Below are positions 48,566 to 57,468 of a DNA stretch of 64,000 nt, piece by piece. Numbering within the stretch: the first letter of the stretch is position 1; every line of letters starts with the position of its first letter. Both the position numbers and the translations under genes were made by a program. This DNA is from Vulcanimicrobiota bacterium. Lineage in GTDB: Bacteria; Vulcanimicrobiota; Vulcanimicrobiia; Vulcanimicrobiales; Vulcanimicrobiaceae. The notes below the pieces were generated by a model, which was given only the letters and a program-made list of their open reading frames with translations, did not search any database and had not been told where the DNA came from. The stretch is from the NCBI GenBank assembly GCA_963818845.1, contig CAWFTO010000002.1, forward strand, positions 468,016 through 532,015, read 5' to 3'.

Positions 48566-48589
48566 TGTCACCCTGAGCTTGTCGAAGGG
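48566..48589. repeat. Solo 24-bp REP-like repeat
   Basis: Identical to the 37594 copy; on the minus strand it starts on the base after the OsmC gene TGA. Confidence 0.85.
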
Positions 48590-49069
48590 TCATGCTGGCT
48601 GCACGGCCGTGACGCTCGCCTCGTGGCGGACCGGAAAGTTCACGCTGTTGGCGATGAAGCACAGCGCGTGCGCCTTCTCGTGCAGCGCCTGCGCGTCCGC
48701 GACGCGCGACGCGTCGGCGACGGCGACGCGCGGCCGCAGCACGACCTCCCGGAAGCGGATCGCGCCGTCGATCAGCGTCATCTCGCCGCGCGCGTCGTCC
48801 TCGTACGCGACGACGGCGATGCCGGCGCGCGCGCACTCCGCGAGGTAGGACAGCAAGTGGCATGCCGAGAGCGACGCGACGAGCAGGTCCTCGGGGTTGT
48901 ACGCCGAGCCGTCGCCCAGAAAGTGCGGGTCGGCCGATCCGCGCAGCGCGGGCTTGCCGTCCGACTCGATCGTGTACGCGCGCGAGTACGTCTTGTACGA
49001 CGTCGTCGCGCCGTGCGCCGCGCCGTCCCACGTCACGCGCGCCGCGAAGACGTGCGGGCGGACGTTCAC
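48590..49069 (-). CDS. OsmC/Ohr family protein
   Basis: NPEDLLVASLSACHLLSYL and AHALCFIANSV two-Cys motifs. Confidence 0.92.
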   Translation of the reverse strand: MNVRPHVFAARVTWDGAAHGATTSYKTYSRAYTIESDGKPALRGSADPHFLGDGSAYNPEDLLVASLSACHLLSYLAECARAGIAVVAYEDDARGEMTLIDGAIRFREVVLRPRVAVADASRVADAQALHEKAHALCFIANSVNFPVRHEASVTAVQPA

Positions 49070-50175
49070 GCCGAGGCCGCCTTGCGCTCGTGCGCCGCGG
49101 CGCGCGTGCGCGCGATCGCCTCGCGCGAGATCGGCAGGTCGAACGCGCGCATGTCGGCGAGCTCGAAGCCGGCGCGCGACGCGAGCTCGTCGATCTCGCG
49201 GACCTTCGCCACGTCGATGCCGCGCCCGAGCGTGAACGGCTCGCAGCGGTCCTCGAGCGCGAGCACCATCGTCTCGGACATGCACGCGAGCGCGGTGCCC
49301 TGCGGCAGCCCCATGTCGAACGGCTCGCCCGCTTCGCGTACGCGCGTCCACCGCATCGCGCCGGGGACGCGCATGTTGCCGCCTTCGAGCACGAGCACGT
49401 CGGGCCGCTCGACGGCCACCCGGCGGCTGACGTCGTGCGGGAGCGACAGCTCGCACACGACGGCGCCCGGCCGCAGGTCTTCCGGCTCGATCACGTCCTG
49501 CGTCGACGACGTCGCCGTGAGCACGAGGTCCGCGCGCCGCACCGCGGCGGAGATGTCGGTGGTGTACGACGAGCCGCACGGCAGCCGCTCGCGCATCGAC
49601 TCGTGAAACCGTCGCAGGCGCGTCTCGTTGCGCGCGACGAGCACGACGTGCTCGACGTGCGGCGCGATCAGCTCCACGCACGCACCGCCGATCGAGCCGG
49701 TCGCACCGATCACGGCCGCGGTCGCGCCGCGCGCGTCGACGCCCATCTCCGCTGCACCGCGGAAGAGGCTGCGCACGCCGGCCGCGATGGTGAGCGAGTT
49801 GCCGGTCGTCACCGGGATCGGCGAACGTTCGTTGAGCGTGATGCCGCCGTCGCCGACGACTCCGGTGAACGCACCCAAGCCGGCGACCTGCGCGCCGCGC
49901 TCGACGCCGAGGTCGATCGCCTTGAGGATCCGCTCGTACACCTGCTCGCGCGGAAACTCGAGCATCTGCTGCGGCAGCAGCGGTGCGGCGACGAACCAGC
50001 CCTCGGTCTCGCGCCCGTCCGGCGTACGAACGCCCGTGACGTGCGCGGCGGGCCACGCGGGCATCCATTCGAGGATCTTCGCGATGATCGGCTTGCCCTT
50101 GCCCTTGGCGCCGGGCTCGTAGCGCACGACGTCTTCGAACGAAAGGGGGTGGATCACAAAGCAGAACTTGGCCAT
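49066..50175 (-). CDS. Acyl-ACP/acyl-thioester reductase-like oxidoreductase (AAR / PigE N-terminal-like; shikimate-DH fold)
   Basis: KFCFVIHP, GLGAFT, TTGNSLT, VIGATGSIG Rossmann motif and LACMSE align with the AAR motifs LGGFT, TTGNTHT, VGATGDIG and FACFAE. Confidence 0.8.
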   Translation of the reverse strand: MAKFCFVIHPLSFEDVVRYEPGAKGKGKPIIAKILEWMPAWPAAHVTGVRTPDGRETEGWFVAAPLLPQQMLEFPREQVYERILKAIDLGVERGAQVAGLGAFTGVVGDGGITLNERSPIPVTTGNSLTIAAGVRSLFRGAAEMGVDARGATAAVIGATGSIGGACVELIAPHVEHVVLVARNETRLRRFHESMRERLPCGSSYTTDISAAVRRADLVLTATSSTQDVIEPEDLRPGAVVCELSLPHDVSRRVAVERPDVLVLEGGNMRVPGAMRWTRVREAGEPFDMGLPQGTALACMSETMVLALEDRCEPFTLGRGIDVAKVREIDELASRAGFELADMRAFDLPISREAIARTRAAAHERKAASA

Positions 50176-50242
50176 CCCGAGCCGCCGTTTCGCCCCTCCG
50201 CCGCCGGGAGCCCGCGTGCCGCCCGGGGAACGGTATGGGGGC

Positions 50243-50914
50243 ATGAATCAGACCCTCTCGACCATCGAGGAGCTCCTCCGCATCCCGGCGCCGTGCCCCA
50301 GCCCGATGGGGCTCGCGTGTGACGGACCGGACCTGTGGATCGGCTCCTACGAGACGTGCCGCATCTACGGCATGGTGGCCCAGCAAGGGCGCGTGTTCGA
50401 AGAGGCGGTCGCGCCGGGCAGGCCCTACGGCATGACGGTCACCGGCGACGCGCTTCGCGTCGTCGTCGGCGACGCGGACGACGGCGGAGCCGACGATCGC
50501 TACATCCGCCGGTACGTGATGGGCAAGGACTTCAAGAAGTCCGACGTCGTGGGCTGTCCCGGGGGAACCGGCTCCTTCCTGGCGTACGACGGCGATCGCC
50601 TGTACCTGAGCCAGCGCGACAACAAGGTCATCCTCGAGCTGGACGAAGCCGGGGACGTGCTGCGGACGATTCCCGTGCCGCGTCAGATCACGGGGATGGT
50701 GGTCGTCGCGGGCCGCTTCTACCTCGCCACCACCGAGAGCCGGGAAGTCGACGACTACCGGCTCTTGTGTTTGGACGCGCGGAAAGAGCAGCCCGAGGTC
50801 CACGAGCTCGCCTCGATCGGCTTCGCGGCGCGCAGTCTCGGCTTCGACGGCACGAAGTTCTGGACGAACTGCCGCGCGGAGAACACGATCGTGGCGTTCG
50901 CCAAACCCGATTGA
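50243..50914 (+). CDS. Hypothetical beta-propeller protein
   Basis: Five spaced repeats (GLACDGPDLW, GMTVTGDAL, FLAYDGDRLY, GMVVVAGRFY, SLGFDGTKFW). Confidence 0.7.
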   Translation: MNQTLSTIEELLRIPAPCPSPMGLACDGPDLWIGSYETCRIYGMVAQQGRVFEEAVAPGRPYGMTVTGDALRVVVGDADDGGADDRYIRRYVMGKDFKKSDVVGCPGGTGSFLAYDGDRLYLSQRDNKVILELDEAGDVLRTIPVPRQITGMVVVAGRFYLATTESREVDDYRLLCLDARKEQPEVHELASIGFAARSLGFDGTKFWTNCRAENTIVAFAKPD

Positions 50915-50973
50915 ACGCCGGAAACAACCCACCTCGATCCCGCCGCTCGAGCGTTCGCGCGGTCATCGAATCG

Positions 50974-51990
50974 ATGCTCGAGGACCAGACGGTCGTCGCG
51001 GAGATTCACGACGCGCTGTGGGCGGTGCTCTGGAACCGCCGGTACGACGACGTCGACATCCCGCTGTGGATGCCGGAGTCGTCGTACGGAGGCATCCTCG
51101 CGTACGCACGCCCGGTCGATGCGGAGACGGCGCTCTGCGCGGTCGACACGGGTGAGGCGCTGGTCGTGTTCCGCTGCAGCGGCGACGTTCCGCCGGCCGG
51201 CAGCCGCGTGCGGCTGCTGCCCGCCGCCCGGGACCAGTGGCGCATCGTGGAGCCGGTCATCCTCGGACTCGGCGTCACCCTTCGATTCGACGACCAGAGC
51301 CCGGTCGACGACACGACGTGGATCGCGACGTTGCGTGCCGCCGTGCAGCGGCTGCGCGAAGCGCTCGACGTGCGGCGCGAGCGCGTCGCCGCCCGCCGCG
51401 CGCAGCTCGGCGCGCTGAACGAACCGCCGCCGCTCGAAGAGATCTGGCGGGAGCAGATGTCGGCGATCAACGACCGCGCAATGCTCGCCACCGAGTACAC
51501 GGCGCAGGAACACGCCGCGCTCGCGCGCGCACGCGCCAAAGGCGCGCGCAGCGCCGACGAAGAGGAGCGCAAGATCACGGCCGCGCGCAAGCGCCGCTTC
51601 TCCGAGCGCGGCAACGAAGAGATCGCGCGGTTCCGCGAAGAGGAATGGCCCGCCATCCGCGACCGCGCCGCGGCGGAAATCAAGAAGTACGCCGACTACC
51701 GCACCGAGGTGGTGCGCCTCGAGGATGCGCTGCAGCGGCTGCGCAGCGTCTCGGCCCGCGCGAACAACGTGACGACCGCGCTGGACCGCATCGAGCGCGC
51801 CGGCTTCCACGTCCGCGGTTTCCAGCTCGATCTCGCGCGCCTCGAGGAACCCGAGTATGCCGAGGAGCTGCTGCGCACGGTCGAGCTCCTGCACGCCGCG
51901 ATCCCGCAGCGCGCGCAGAACACCGCGACCAGCTTCAGCGCGTACCGTGCGCCGACTGCGGGGCCGTCCGTGACTCCGCCTCGGCTTTGA
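50974..51990 (+). CDS. Hypothetical protein, beta-rich N-terminus plus long coiled coil
   Basis: Protein-like part of ORF 50335..51990 begins near ATG 50974; heptad-rich C-terminal half. Confidence 0.65.
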   Translation: MLEDQTVVAEIHDALWAVLWNRRYDDVDIPLWMPESSYGGILAYARPVDAETALCAVDTGEALVVFRCSGDVPPAGSRVRLLPAARDQWRIVEPVILGLGVTLRFDDQSPVDDTTWIATLRAAVQRLREALDVRRERVAARRAQLGALNEPPPLEEIWREQMSAINDRAMLATEYTAQEHAALARARAKGARSADEEERKITAARKRRFSERGNEEIARFREEEWPAIRDRAAAEIKKYADYRTEVVRLEDALQRLRSVSARANNVTTALDRIERAGFHVRGFQLDLARLEEPEYAEELLRTVELLHAAIPQRAQNTATSFSAYRAPTAGPSVTPPRL

Positions 51991-52402
51991 GCGCAGCGAG
52001 CATCATCTCGGAGTTCTCGCGCACCTTCTTCTCCAGCGTCGGCCCGATCAGTTCCGCCAGCGTCGGCACGCCGAAGTCGTACTCGACGCCGAGCACGACG
52101 CGCGTGACGCCGCCGGCTTCTTCGAAGGTCCAGGCGCCTTGGAACGTGTCGAGGTCGCCCTCGATCAGCGCGTAGTCGATGCGCAGGCGCTCGTCGTCGA
52201 AGCGGTCTTCCTCGGTCCACTCGATCGGAGCGTCCTCGACCAGCGTCTTCCAGCGCGTAATGACGCGGTCGGCGTGGCGCTCGAGCACGACGACGGTCTC
52301 GACGTCCGGCATGAACTCCGGAAACCGCTCCTGCTCCTTCGCGAGCTCGTACACCAGCGACGGCGGCGCCGCGACGTCGACCGCGCACTGAACGAACGGC
52401 AC
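51935..52402 (-). CDS. SRPBCC/START (polyketide cyclase/dehydrase-like) lipid-binding protein
   Basis: VDVAAPPSLVY...FPEFMPDV...W.E.D...IEGD...FQGAW...YDFG; start overlaps the aminotransferase stop. Confidence 0.88.
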   Translation of the reverse strand: MPFVQCAVDVAAPPSLVYELAKEQERFPEFMPDVETVVVLERHADRVITRWKTLVEDAPIEWTEEDRFDDERLRIDYALIEGDLDTFQGAWTFEEAGGVTRVVLGVEYDFGVPTLAELIGPTLEKKVRENSEMMLAALKAEAESRTAPQSAHGTR

Positions 52403-53682
52403 TACACGAGCTCGCCGAGCTGCTCGAGCGTCGCCGCGACGGACGCGTCGAAGGCGCGCAACGCCGCGTCGATCTCGTCTTCCCTTACGATGAGCGGCGG
52501 CTCCAGGCGGATGACGCGCTGGGCATTGAGCGTCCACGCGGCGGTGACGCCGCGCTTGAGCAGTTCCGGGATGATCGTTCCTCCGTAGCCTTCGCTGCGC
52601 AGCTCGACGCCGACGAGCAGGCCGGCGCCGCGGACCTGTGCGATCACCGCCGGGTAACGCCGCATCACCTCGCGCGCGCCCGCGAGCAGCTGCTCGCCGC
52701 GCACGCGCGCGTTCGTGACGAGATCGTCGTCGACGAGCACGTCGAGCGCCGCGAGGGCGGCCGCGCACGCGAGCTCGTTGCCGCCGAACGTCGAGGTGTG
52801 CAGCAGCGGCTGCTTGCCGTACGCCGCGTTCCAGACCGGCTTGCGCGCAATGTACGCGCCGATCGGCACGACGCCGCCCGACAGGCCTTTGGCGAGCGTC
52901 ATCACGTCGGGCACGACGCCTTCGCGGTCGCACGCGAACGGCGCGCCGCAGCGGCCGAGGCCGGTCTGCACCTCGTCGGCGATCATCAGCGCGCCCATGT
53001 CGTGGCAGATCGCGCGCACCGCGCGCAGGTAGCCGTCGGGCGGCACGTTGACGCCGCCTTCGCCCTGGATCGGCTCAACGATCACCGCCGCGACCTCGCG
53101 GTCGACGGTGCCGCGGAGCGCATCCGCATCGCCGAACGGCACGCGGCGCACACCGTCGAGCAGCGGCAGGAACGGATCGCGGAACGCGTCGCGCCCGCTC
53201 GCCGAGAGCGCGCCCAGCGTCTTGCCGTGAAACGCCGCGTCCGTTGCGACGATCGCCGGCCGCTTCGTCGCGGCGCGCGCGAGCTTGAGCGCGCCTTCGA
53301 CCGCTTCGGTGCCGCTGTTGGCGAAGAAGGAGATCGCGAGGTCGCCCGGCGTCAGCTCCGCAAGCCGCTTGGCGAGCCGCCCCATCAGCGGGTTGAACAT
53401 CGTGCGGCCCGACAGCGCCATGCGGTCGAGCTGGTCCTTGACCGCGGCGACGACCCGCGGATGCCGGTGCCCGAGCGTGAACACGCCGTAGCCGCCGGCA
53501 AAGTCGAGATACGTCTTGCCGGTGTGATCGGTGATCGTGCATCCCGACGCGGACACTTCGACCGGTGAGCCGGACAGCTTCATGACGCGCGCGAGCGGCG
53601 GGTTGACGTAGTCGCGGTAGTTCTCGAAGGCCTCGCGCGCCAGATCGGCCGCTTGTGCGCTCGTCGGGGAGCCGGCGGTCAC
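52402..53682 (-). CDS. Class III PLP-dependent aminotransferase
   Basis: FFANSGTEAVE, FHGKT, EPIQGEGG, IADEVQTGLGR, TLAKGLSGG, STFGGN; GTG overlaps the dusB stop. Confidence 0.93.
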   Translation of the reverse strand: MTAGSPTSAQAADLAREAFENYRDYVNPPLARVMKLSGSPVEVSASGCTITDHTGKTYLDFAGGYGVFTLGHRHPRVVAAVKDQLDRMALSGRTMFNPLMGRLAKRLAELTPGDLAISFFANSGTEAVEGALKLARAATKRPAIVATDAAFHGKTLGALSASGRDAFRDPFLPLLDGVRRVPFGDADALRGTVDREVAAVIVEPIQGEGGVNVPPDGYLRAVRAICHDMGALMIADEVQTGLGRCGAPFACDREGVVPDVMTLAKGLSGGVVPIGAYIARKPVWNAAYGKQPLLHTSTFGGNELACAAALAALDVLVDDDLVTNARVRGEQLLAGAREVMRRYPAVIAQVRGAGLLVGVELRSEGYGGTIIPELLKRGVTAAWTLNAQRVIRLEPPLIVREDEIDAALRAFDASVAATLEQLGELV

Positions 53683-54704
53683 GCGACGGCCAGCTCGCGC
53701 GCGTCCGACTCGAGGTGCGCGATCGTGTCGTGCAGGACGGCGAGCGTCGCCGCAGCCGTCTCCGTCCGCATCAGCCGCTCGCGCAGCGCGCTCGCGCCCG
53801 GGAACCCTTTGAGATAATAGCCCAGATGCTTGCGCATCTGCGGCACCGCGCGCGACTCGCCCCATTCCTCGACCATCGTGCAATAGTGGTGCACGGCGAA
53901 TCGCAGCCGGTCGGGCGCGGCGGGCGTCGCGTCGGGCTCGCGTCCTTCCATGAGCGCGCGCAGACGCGAGACGAGCCACGGATTGCCCAGCGTCGCGCGC
54001 CCGAGCATCACGCCGTCGACACCGGTGTCGCGCATGCGGCGCATCGCCTCGTGCGGATCGCCAAGGTCCCCGTTGCCGATCACCGGGACGTCGACGGCGC
54101 GCTTGAGCTCGGCGATCTTCGTCCAGTCGGCGCTGCCTTTGTAGAATTGCTTCGCGGTGCGCGCGTGCAGCGTGATCGCCTGCACGCCCACCGCTTGCGC
54201 GCGCTTGGCGACGTCGACGAAGACCAGCGCGTTCTCCGTCCACCCGAGGCGCATCTTCATCGTGACGGGACAGTCGACGGCGTCGACGACGGCCTTCATG
54301 ATCGCCTCGCAGCGGTCGACGTCGCGCAGGCACGCGCTGCCGCCCTCCGTCTTGGTCACCTTCGGGGCCGGGCAGCCGAAGTTGATGTCGACGATGTCGG
54401 CTCCGCACTCGCGCACGACCTTGGCGGCGAGTGCCATGATGGCGGGATCGTTCCCCCACAGCTGGGTGGAGACCGGGTTCTCGACGCCGTGCTGATCGAT
54501 CATCTCCATCGTCCGCGCGTTGCCGTACTGCAGCGCATTCGACGAGACGAACTCCGTGACGGTCAGGCCGAAGCCGAACGGCTTGTAGAGCGCGCGCAGC
54601 GTGCGGTTCGTGACGCCCGACATCGGCGCGAGGACGATCGGCGGCCACACCGCGATGGGGCCGATCTGGAGCGCAGGCACGGCACGGGCCGGGGGACTGG
54701 TCAC
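53679..54704 (-). CDS. dusB: tRNA-dihydrouridine synthase DusB
   Basis: LAPMSGVTN, DINFGCPAPKV, GGSACL, KMRLGW, LHART, IGNGD, MLGRA.GNPW; GTG 54704 lies 8 nt after an extended -10 (TGGTACACT). Confidence 0.95.
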   Translation of the reverse strand: MTSPPARAVPALQIGPIAVWPPIVLAPMSGVTNRTLRALYKPFGFGLTVTEFVSSNALQYGNARTMEMIDQHGVENPVSTQLWGNDPAIMALAAKVVRECGADIVDINFGCPAPKVTKTEGGSACLRDVDRCEAIMKAVVDAVDCPVTMKMRLGWTENALVFVDVAKRAQAVGVQAITLHARTAKQFYKGSADWTKIAELKRAVDVPVIGNGDLGDPHEAMRRMRDTGVDGVMLGRATLGNPWLVSRLRALMEGREPDATPAAPDRLRFAVHHYCTMVEEWGESRAVPQMRKHLGYYLKGFPGASALRERLMRTETAAATLAVLHDTIAHLESDARELAVA

Positions 54705-54815
54705 GATCAAGGAGTGTACCACGTCTCCGCGCGCGCCGCCCGCGGGCGGCCGCGCGACGTGCACGCCGTTCGCTCGCCGGCACGCCCGGCGAGCCGGGCA
54801 CCGGCCGAAACGTGA

Positions 54816-54912
54816 GTTTGTGGATGTGCGGGGTACCGACGTGCCACCGGCGTGCGTGCGCCGGTCGCACACCAAAACCAGGAGAGCCCCGAGCCGTCGA
54901 GCCGGGGCTCTC
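54816..54912. ncRNA. Candidate structured RNA (three-way junction plus terminator-like hairpin)
   Basis: TGTGCG/CGCACA closing stem with inner GGTAC/GTGCC and ACCGGCG/CGCCGGT hairpins, then GAGAGCCCC/GGGGCTCTC. Pairing judged by eye; no family recognised. Confidence 0.3.
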
Positions 54913-55017
54913 GGCTTGCCCGGCCAGCGGACCGGTCGCGGCCGGCCGCGAACGCGCTTCGCAGCCCGCTCGGCCCTTCGGTCCGAGCGAGGCGAACGCT
55001 TCTCCCGGAGGCTCGGC

Positions 55018-55116
55018 ATGGCGACGCAAAAGAAGCAGAAGATCAGCAAGACCAACAAGGGCGGCAAGAAGGGCAAAAAACGCTTCCGCCTGCGGACGCG
55101 TCCCGCGAACGCCTGA
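55018..55116 (+). CDS. 32-aa highly basic small protein
   Basis: GGAGG RBS 6 nt before the ATG; MATQKKQKISKTNKGGKKGKKRFRLRTRPANA; A-rich codons. Confidence 0.65.
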   Translation: MATQKKQKISKTNKGGKKGKKRFRLRTRPANA

Positions 55117-55131
55117 CGCGCAAGCGCGCCG

Positions 55132-55896
55132 CTACGCGCGCAGGTGGTCGACGCGCAGGCCCTGCAGCACGAGGTGCGGCTCGACGCGCTCGATCACCGT
55201 CGTCTCCGCGGCGACGACGAGCGCCATCCCGCCCGACGCGATGACGCGCGCTTCGTCGCCCAGGACGCCGCGGAAGCGGCGCACGAGCTCCTCGGTCTGG
55301 CCGACGGCGCCGTAGACGAGCCCGGCTTGAATCGCGCTCACCGTGTCGCGCCCGATCGGCGCGCCCGGTGCGACGAGCGCGACCTGCGGCAGCTTCGCGG
55401 TGCGGCCGACGAGTGCGTCGAGCGAGACCTGCAGTCCGGTCGCGATCGCGACGCCCAAGTACGCGCCGTCGGACCCGATCGCGCCGAACGTCGTCGCCGT
55501 GCCGTAGTTGATGACGATCGCCGGCGCGCCGACGAACGCGACCGCGCCGATCGCGCCCGCGACGAGATCGCTGCCGACCTCGGTCGGGCGGTCCGTCTTG
55601 ACCACGATCGACCGCTGCGTCGCCGCGGTGAAGAACGACGGCTTCACGCCGAAGTACTTCTCGCAGCCTTCGCGCAGCGGGCGGTCGACGACCGGCACGA
55701 CCGACGACACGACGATCGCGCTCACGTTCGCGATCGGAAACTGCGCCGCGGAGAAGAATGCCGCGAACAGCACGCCGTACTCGTCCGCGGTGCGCCGGCG
55801 CGCCGTGGTCACGCGCCACGTGCCGACGATCGTGCCGGCGTGGTCGAACGCGCCGAGCTTGGTCTCGGTGTTGCCGACGTCGATGCAGAGCAGCAC
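55132..55896 (-). CDS. coaX: Type III pantothenate kinase
   Basis: IDVGNTETKLG, SSVVP, VGSDL, INYGTATT, SGG. Confidence 0.94.
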   Translation of the reverse strand: MLLCIDVGNTETKLGAFDHAGTIVGTWRVTTARRRTADEYGVLFAAFFSAAQFPIANVSAIVVSSVVPVVDRPLREGCEKYFGVKPSFFTAATQRSIVVKTDRPTEVGSDLVAGAIGAVAFVGAPAIVINYGTATTFGAIGSDGAYLGVAIATGLQVSLDALVGRTAKLPQVALVAPGAPIGRDTVSAIQAGLVYGAVGQTEELVRRFRGVLGDEARVIASGGMALVVAAETTVIERVEPHLVLQGLRVDHLRA

Positions 55897-55900
55897 GGGC

Positions 55901-57100
55901 TCAGCCGCGCTGTTTCTTGAGATCGACGATCGCGTCGAGCAGGCGCGCGGCGAGCTCGCGCTTCGAACCCGTGCCGAGATCGGCGCGTCCGCCGTCGCCC
56001 CAGAGCAGCACGAGCCGGTTGTCGACGGGACCGAAGCCGCGCTCGTCGCCGACGTCGTTCACCGCGATCGCGTCGAGGTTCTTGCGCGCGAGCTTCTCGC
56101 GCGCGTTGGCTTCGAAATCGCGCGTCTCGGCCGCAAATCCCACCAAGAAGACGCCGTTCTTGCGCGCACCGAGCCCGGCGAGAATGTCGGGGTTGCGCGC
56201 GAGCGCGAGCGCTTGCGGGTCGTCGGTCTTCTTCACCTTGTGCTCGTGCGCGGTCGCGGGGCGCCAGTCGGCGACGGCGGCGGTCGCGATCGCGATCGTC
56301 GCGTGCGGCGCGCTTTCGCGCACGGCCGCGTCCATCTCCCGCGCCGTCGTCACGCGCGCGGTGCGTGCGCCCGCCGGCGGCTCGAGGTGCGTCGGGCCGA
56401 GCACGAGGTCGACGCCCGCGCCGCGCGCGAGCGCTTCCCGCGCGAGCTCGATTCCGGTCGTCCCGGTCGACGCGTTCGAGATGAAACGCACCGGGTCGAT
56501 CGCTTCGCGCGTCGGGCCGGCGGTGATCAGCACGCGTTCGCCGTCGAGATCATTGCGCCGCGCCAGCGCGCGGTCGATCGCCGCAATCAGCAGCTCTTCC
56601 GGCGCCAGCCGGCCGGCACCGTGTTCGCGCTCGGCGAGGAAGCCGACGTCCGGCTCGACGATCGTGACGCCGCGTGCGCGCAGCGTCGCGAGGTGGCTGC
56701 GCGTGGCTTCGTGCTCGAGCATCGCGGTGTTCATCGCCGGAGCGATCACGATCGGAGCGCGCGTCGCCAGCGCGACGTTCGTGAGCAAGTCGTCGGCGAG
56801 CCCGAGGGCGAGCTTGGCGATCGTGTTCGCCGTCGCCGGGATGATGGCAAGGACGTCGGCGTCGCGCGCGAGCGCGATGTGCGGGATCTGTTCGGCGCGC
56901 TCCCACAGCGACGTGTGCACGGGCCGGCGTGCCAACGCGGCGAACGTCGCCGCGCCGACGAAGCGCTCGGCGTCGGCCGTCATCACCACGTCCAGCACGG
57001 CGCCCGCTTGCACGAGGCGGCTTGCGAGCGCGGCCGCCTTGTACGCCGCGATCCCGCCGGTGACGCCCAGCAGGACGCGCGCGCCGTCAAGCCGCGACAC
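55901..57100 (-). CDS. coaBC: Bifunctional phosphopantothenoylcysteine decarboxylase/ligase
   Basis: GVTGGIAAYKA, PATANTIAK, APAMNTAM, TAGPTREAIDPVRFISN.STG, VGFAAET. Confidence 0.96.
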   Translation of the reverse strand: MSRLDGARVLLGVTGGIAAYKAAALASRLVQAGAVLDVVMTADAERFVGAATFAALARRPVHTSLWERAEQIPHIALARDADVLAIIPATANTIAKLALGLADDLLTNVALATRAPIVIAPAMNTAMLEHEATRSHLATLRARGVTIVEPDVGFLAEREHGAGRLAPEELLIAAIDRALARRNDLDGERVLITAGPTREAIDPVRFISNASTGTTGIELAREALARGAGVDLVLGPTHLEPPAGARTARVTTAREMDAAVRESAPHATIAIATAAVADWRPATAHEHKVKKTDDPQALALARNPDILAGLGARKNGVFLVGFAAETRDFEANAREKLARKNLDAIAVNDVGDERGFGPVDNRLVLLWGDGGRADLGTGSKRELAARLLDAIVDLKKQRG

Positions 57101-57112
57101 GTGATGCTCCCA

Positions 57113-57409
57113 TCACGAATTCCGGATGACGCGAAGGGTCGTGCGCCCGATGACGAAGGGTTCGCCGAAGCCGATCGCCTCGGGATCGCCAAGGGGACGC
57201 CCGCCGACGCGGGTTCCGTTGCGGCTCGCGAGATCGGCCAAGCGAAGCCGCCCGTCCTCCTCGTACAGCCGCGCATGTTTTCGGGAAATAAAACGATCGA
57301 TCGTGATACAGGCGGTAGCCACCGCGTCGTCGCGACCAATGGTGATCTCCCGCTCGAATGGCCAGGTCTTTCCGTCGAGCGGGCCGCTCATCACCTCGAG
57401 AACGTACAT
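57113..57409 (-). CDS. Stand-alone FHA domain protein
   Basis: ITIGR, ISRKHA, DLASRNGT. Confidence 0.9.
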   Translation of the reverse strand: MYVLEVMSGPLDGKTWPFEREITIGRDDAVATACITIDRFISRKHARLYEEDGRLRLADLASRNGTRVGGRPLGDPEAIGFGEPFVIGRTTLRVIRNS

Positions 57410-57468
57410 CTCGCAACCGCCTTCGCGCGGGCCGGACGGCCGGTCCTCTCCACAGGAAGCACGCACTG

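Noticed and set aside
12115-48589. 24-bp repeats as a CRISPR array
   Set aside because: Copies are dispersed or inverted, not tandem with spacers, and there are no cas genes.
47608-50175. Shikimate/quinate metabolism
   Set aside because: These names come from fold-level auto-annotation; the motifs match acyl-ACP reductases better and no aro or qui genes are nearby.
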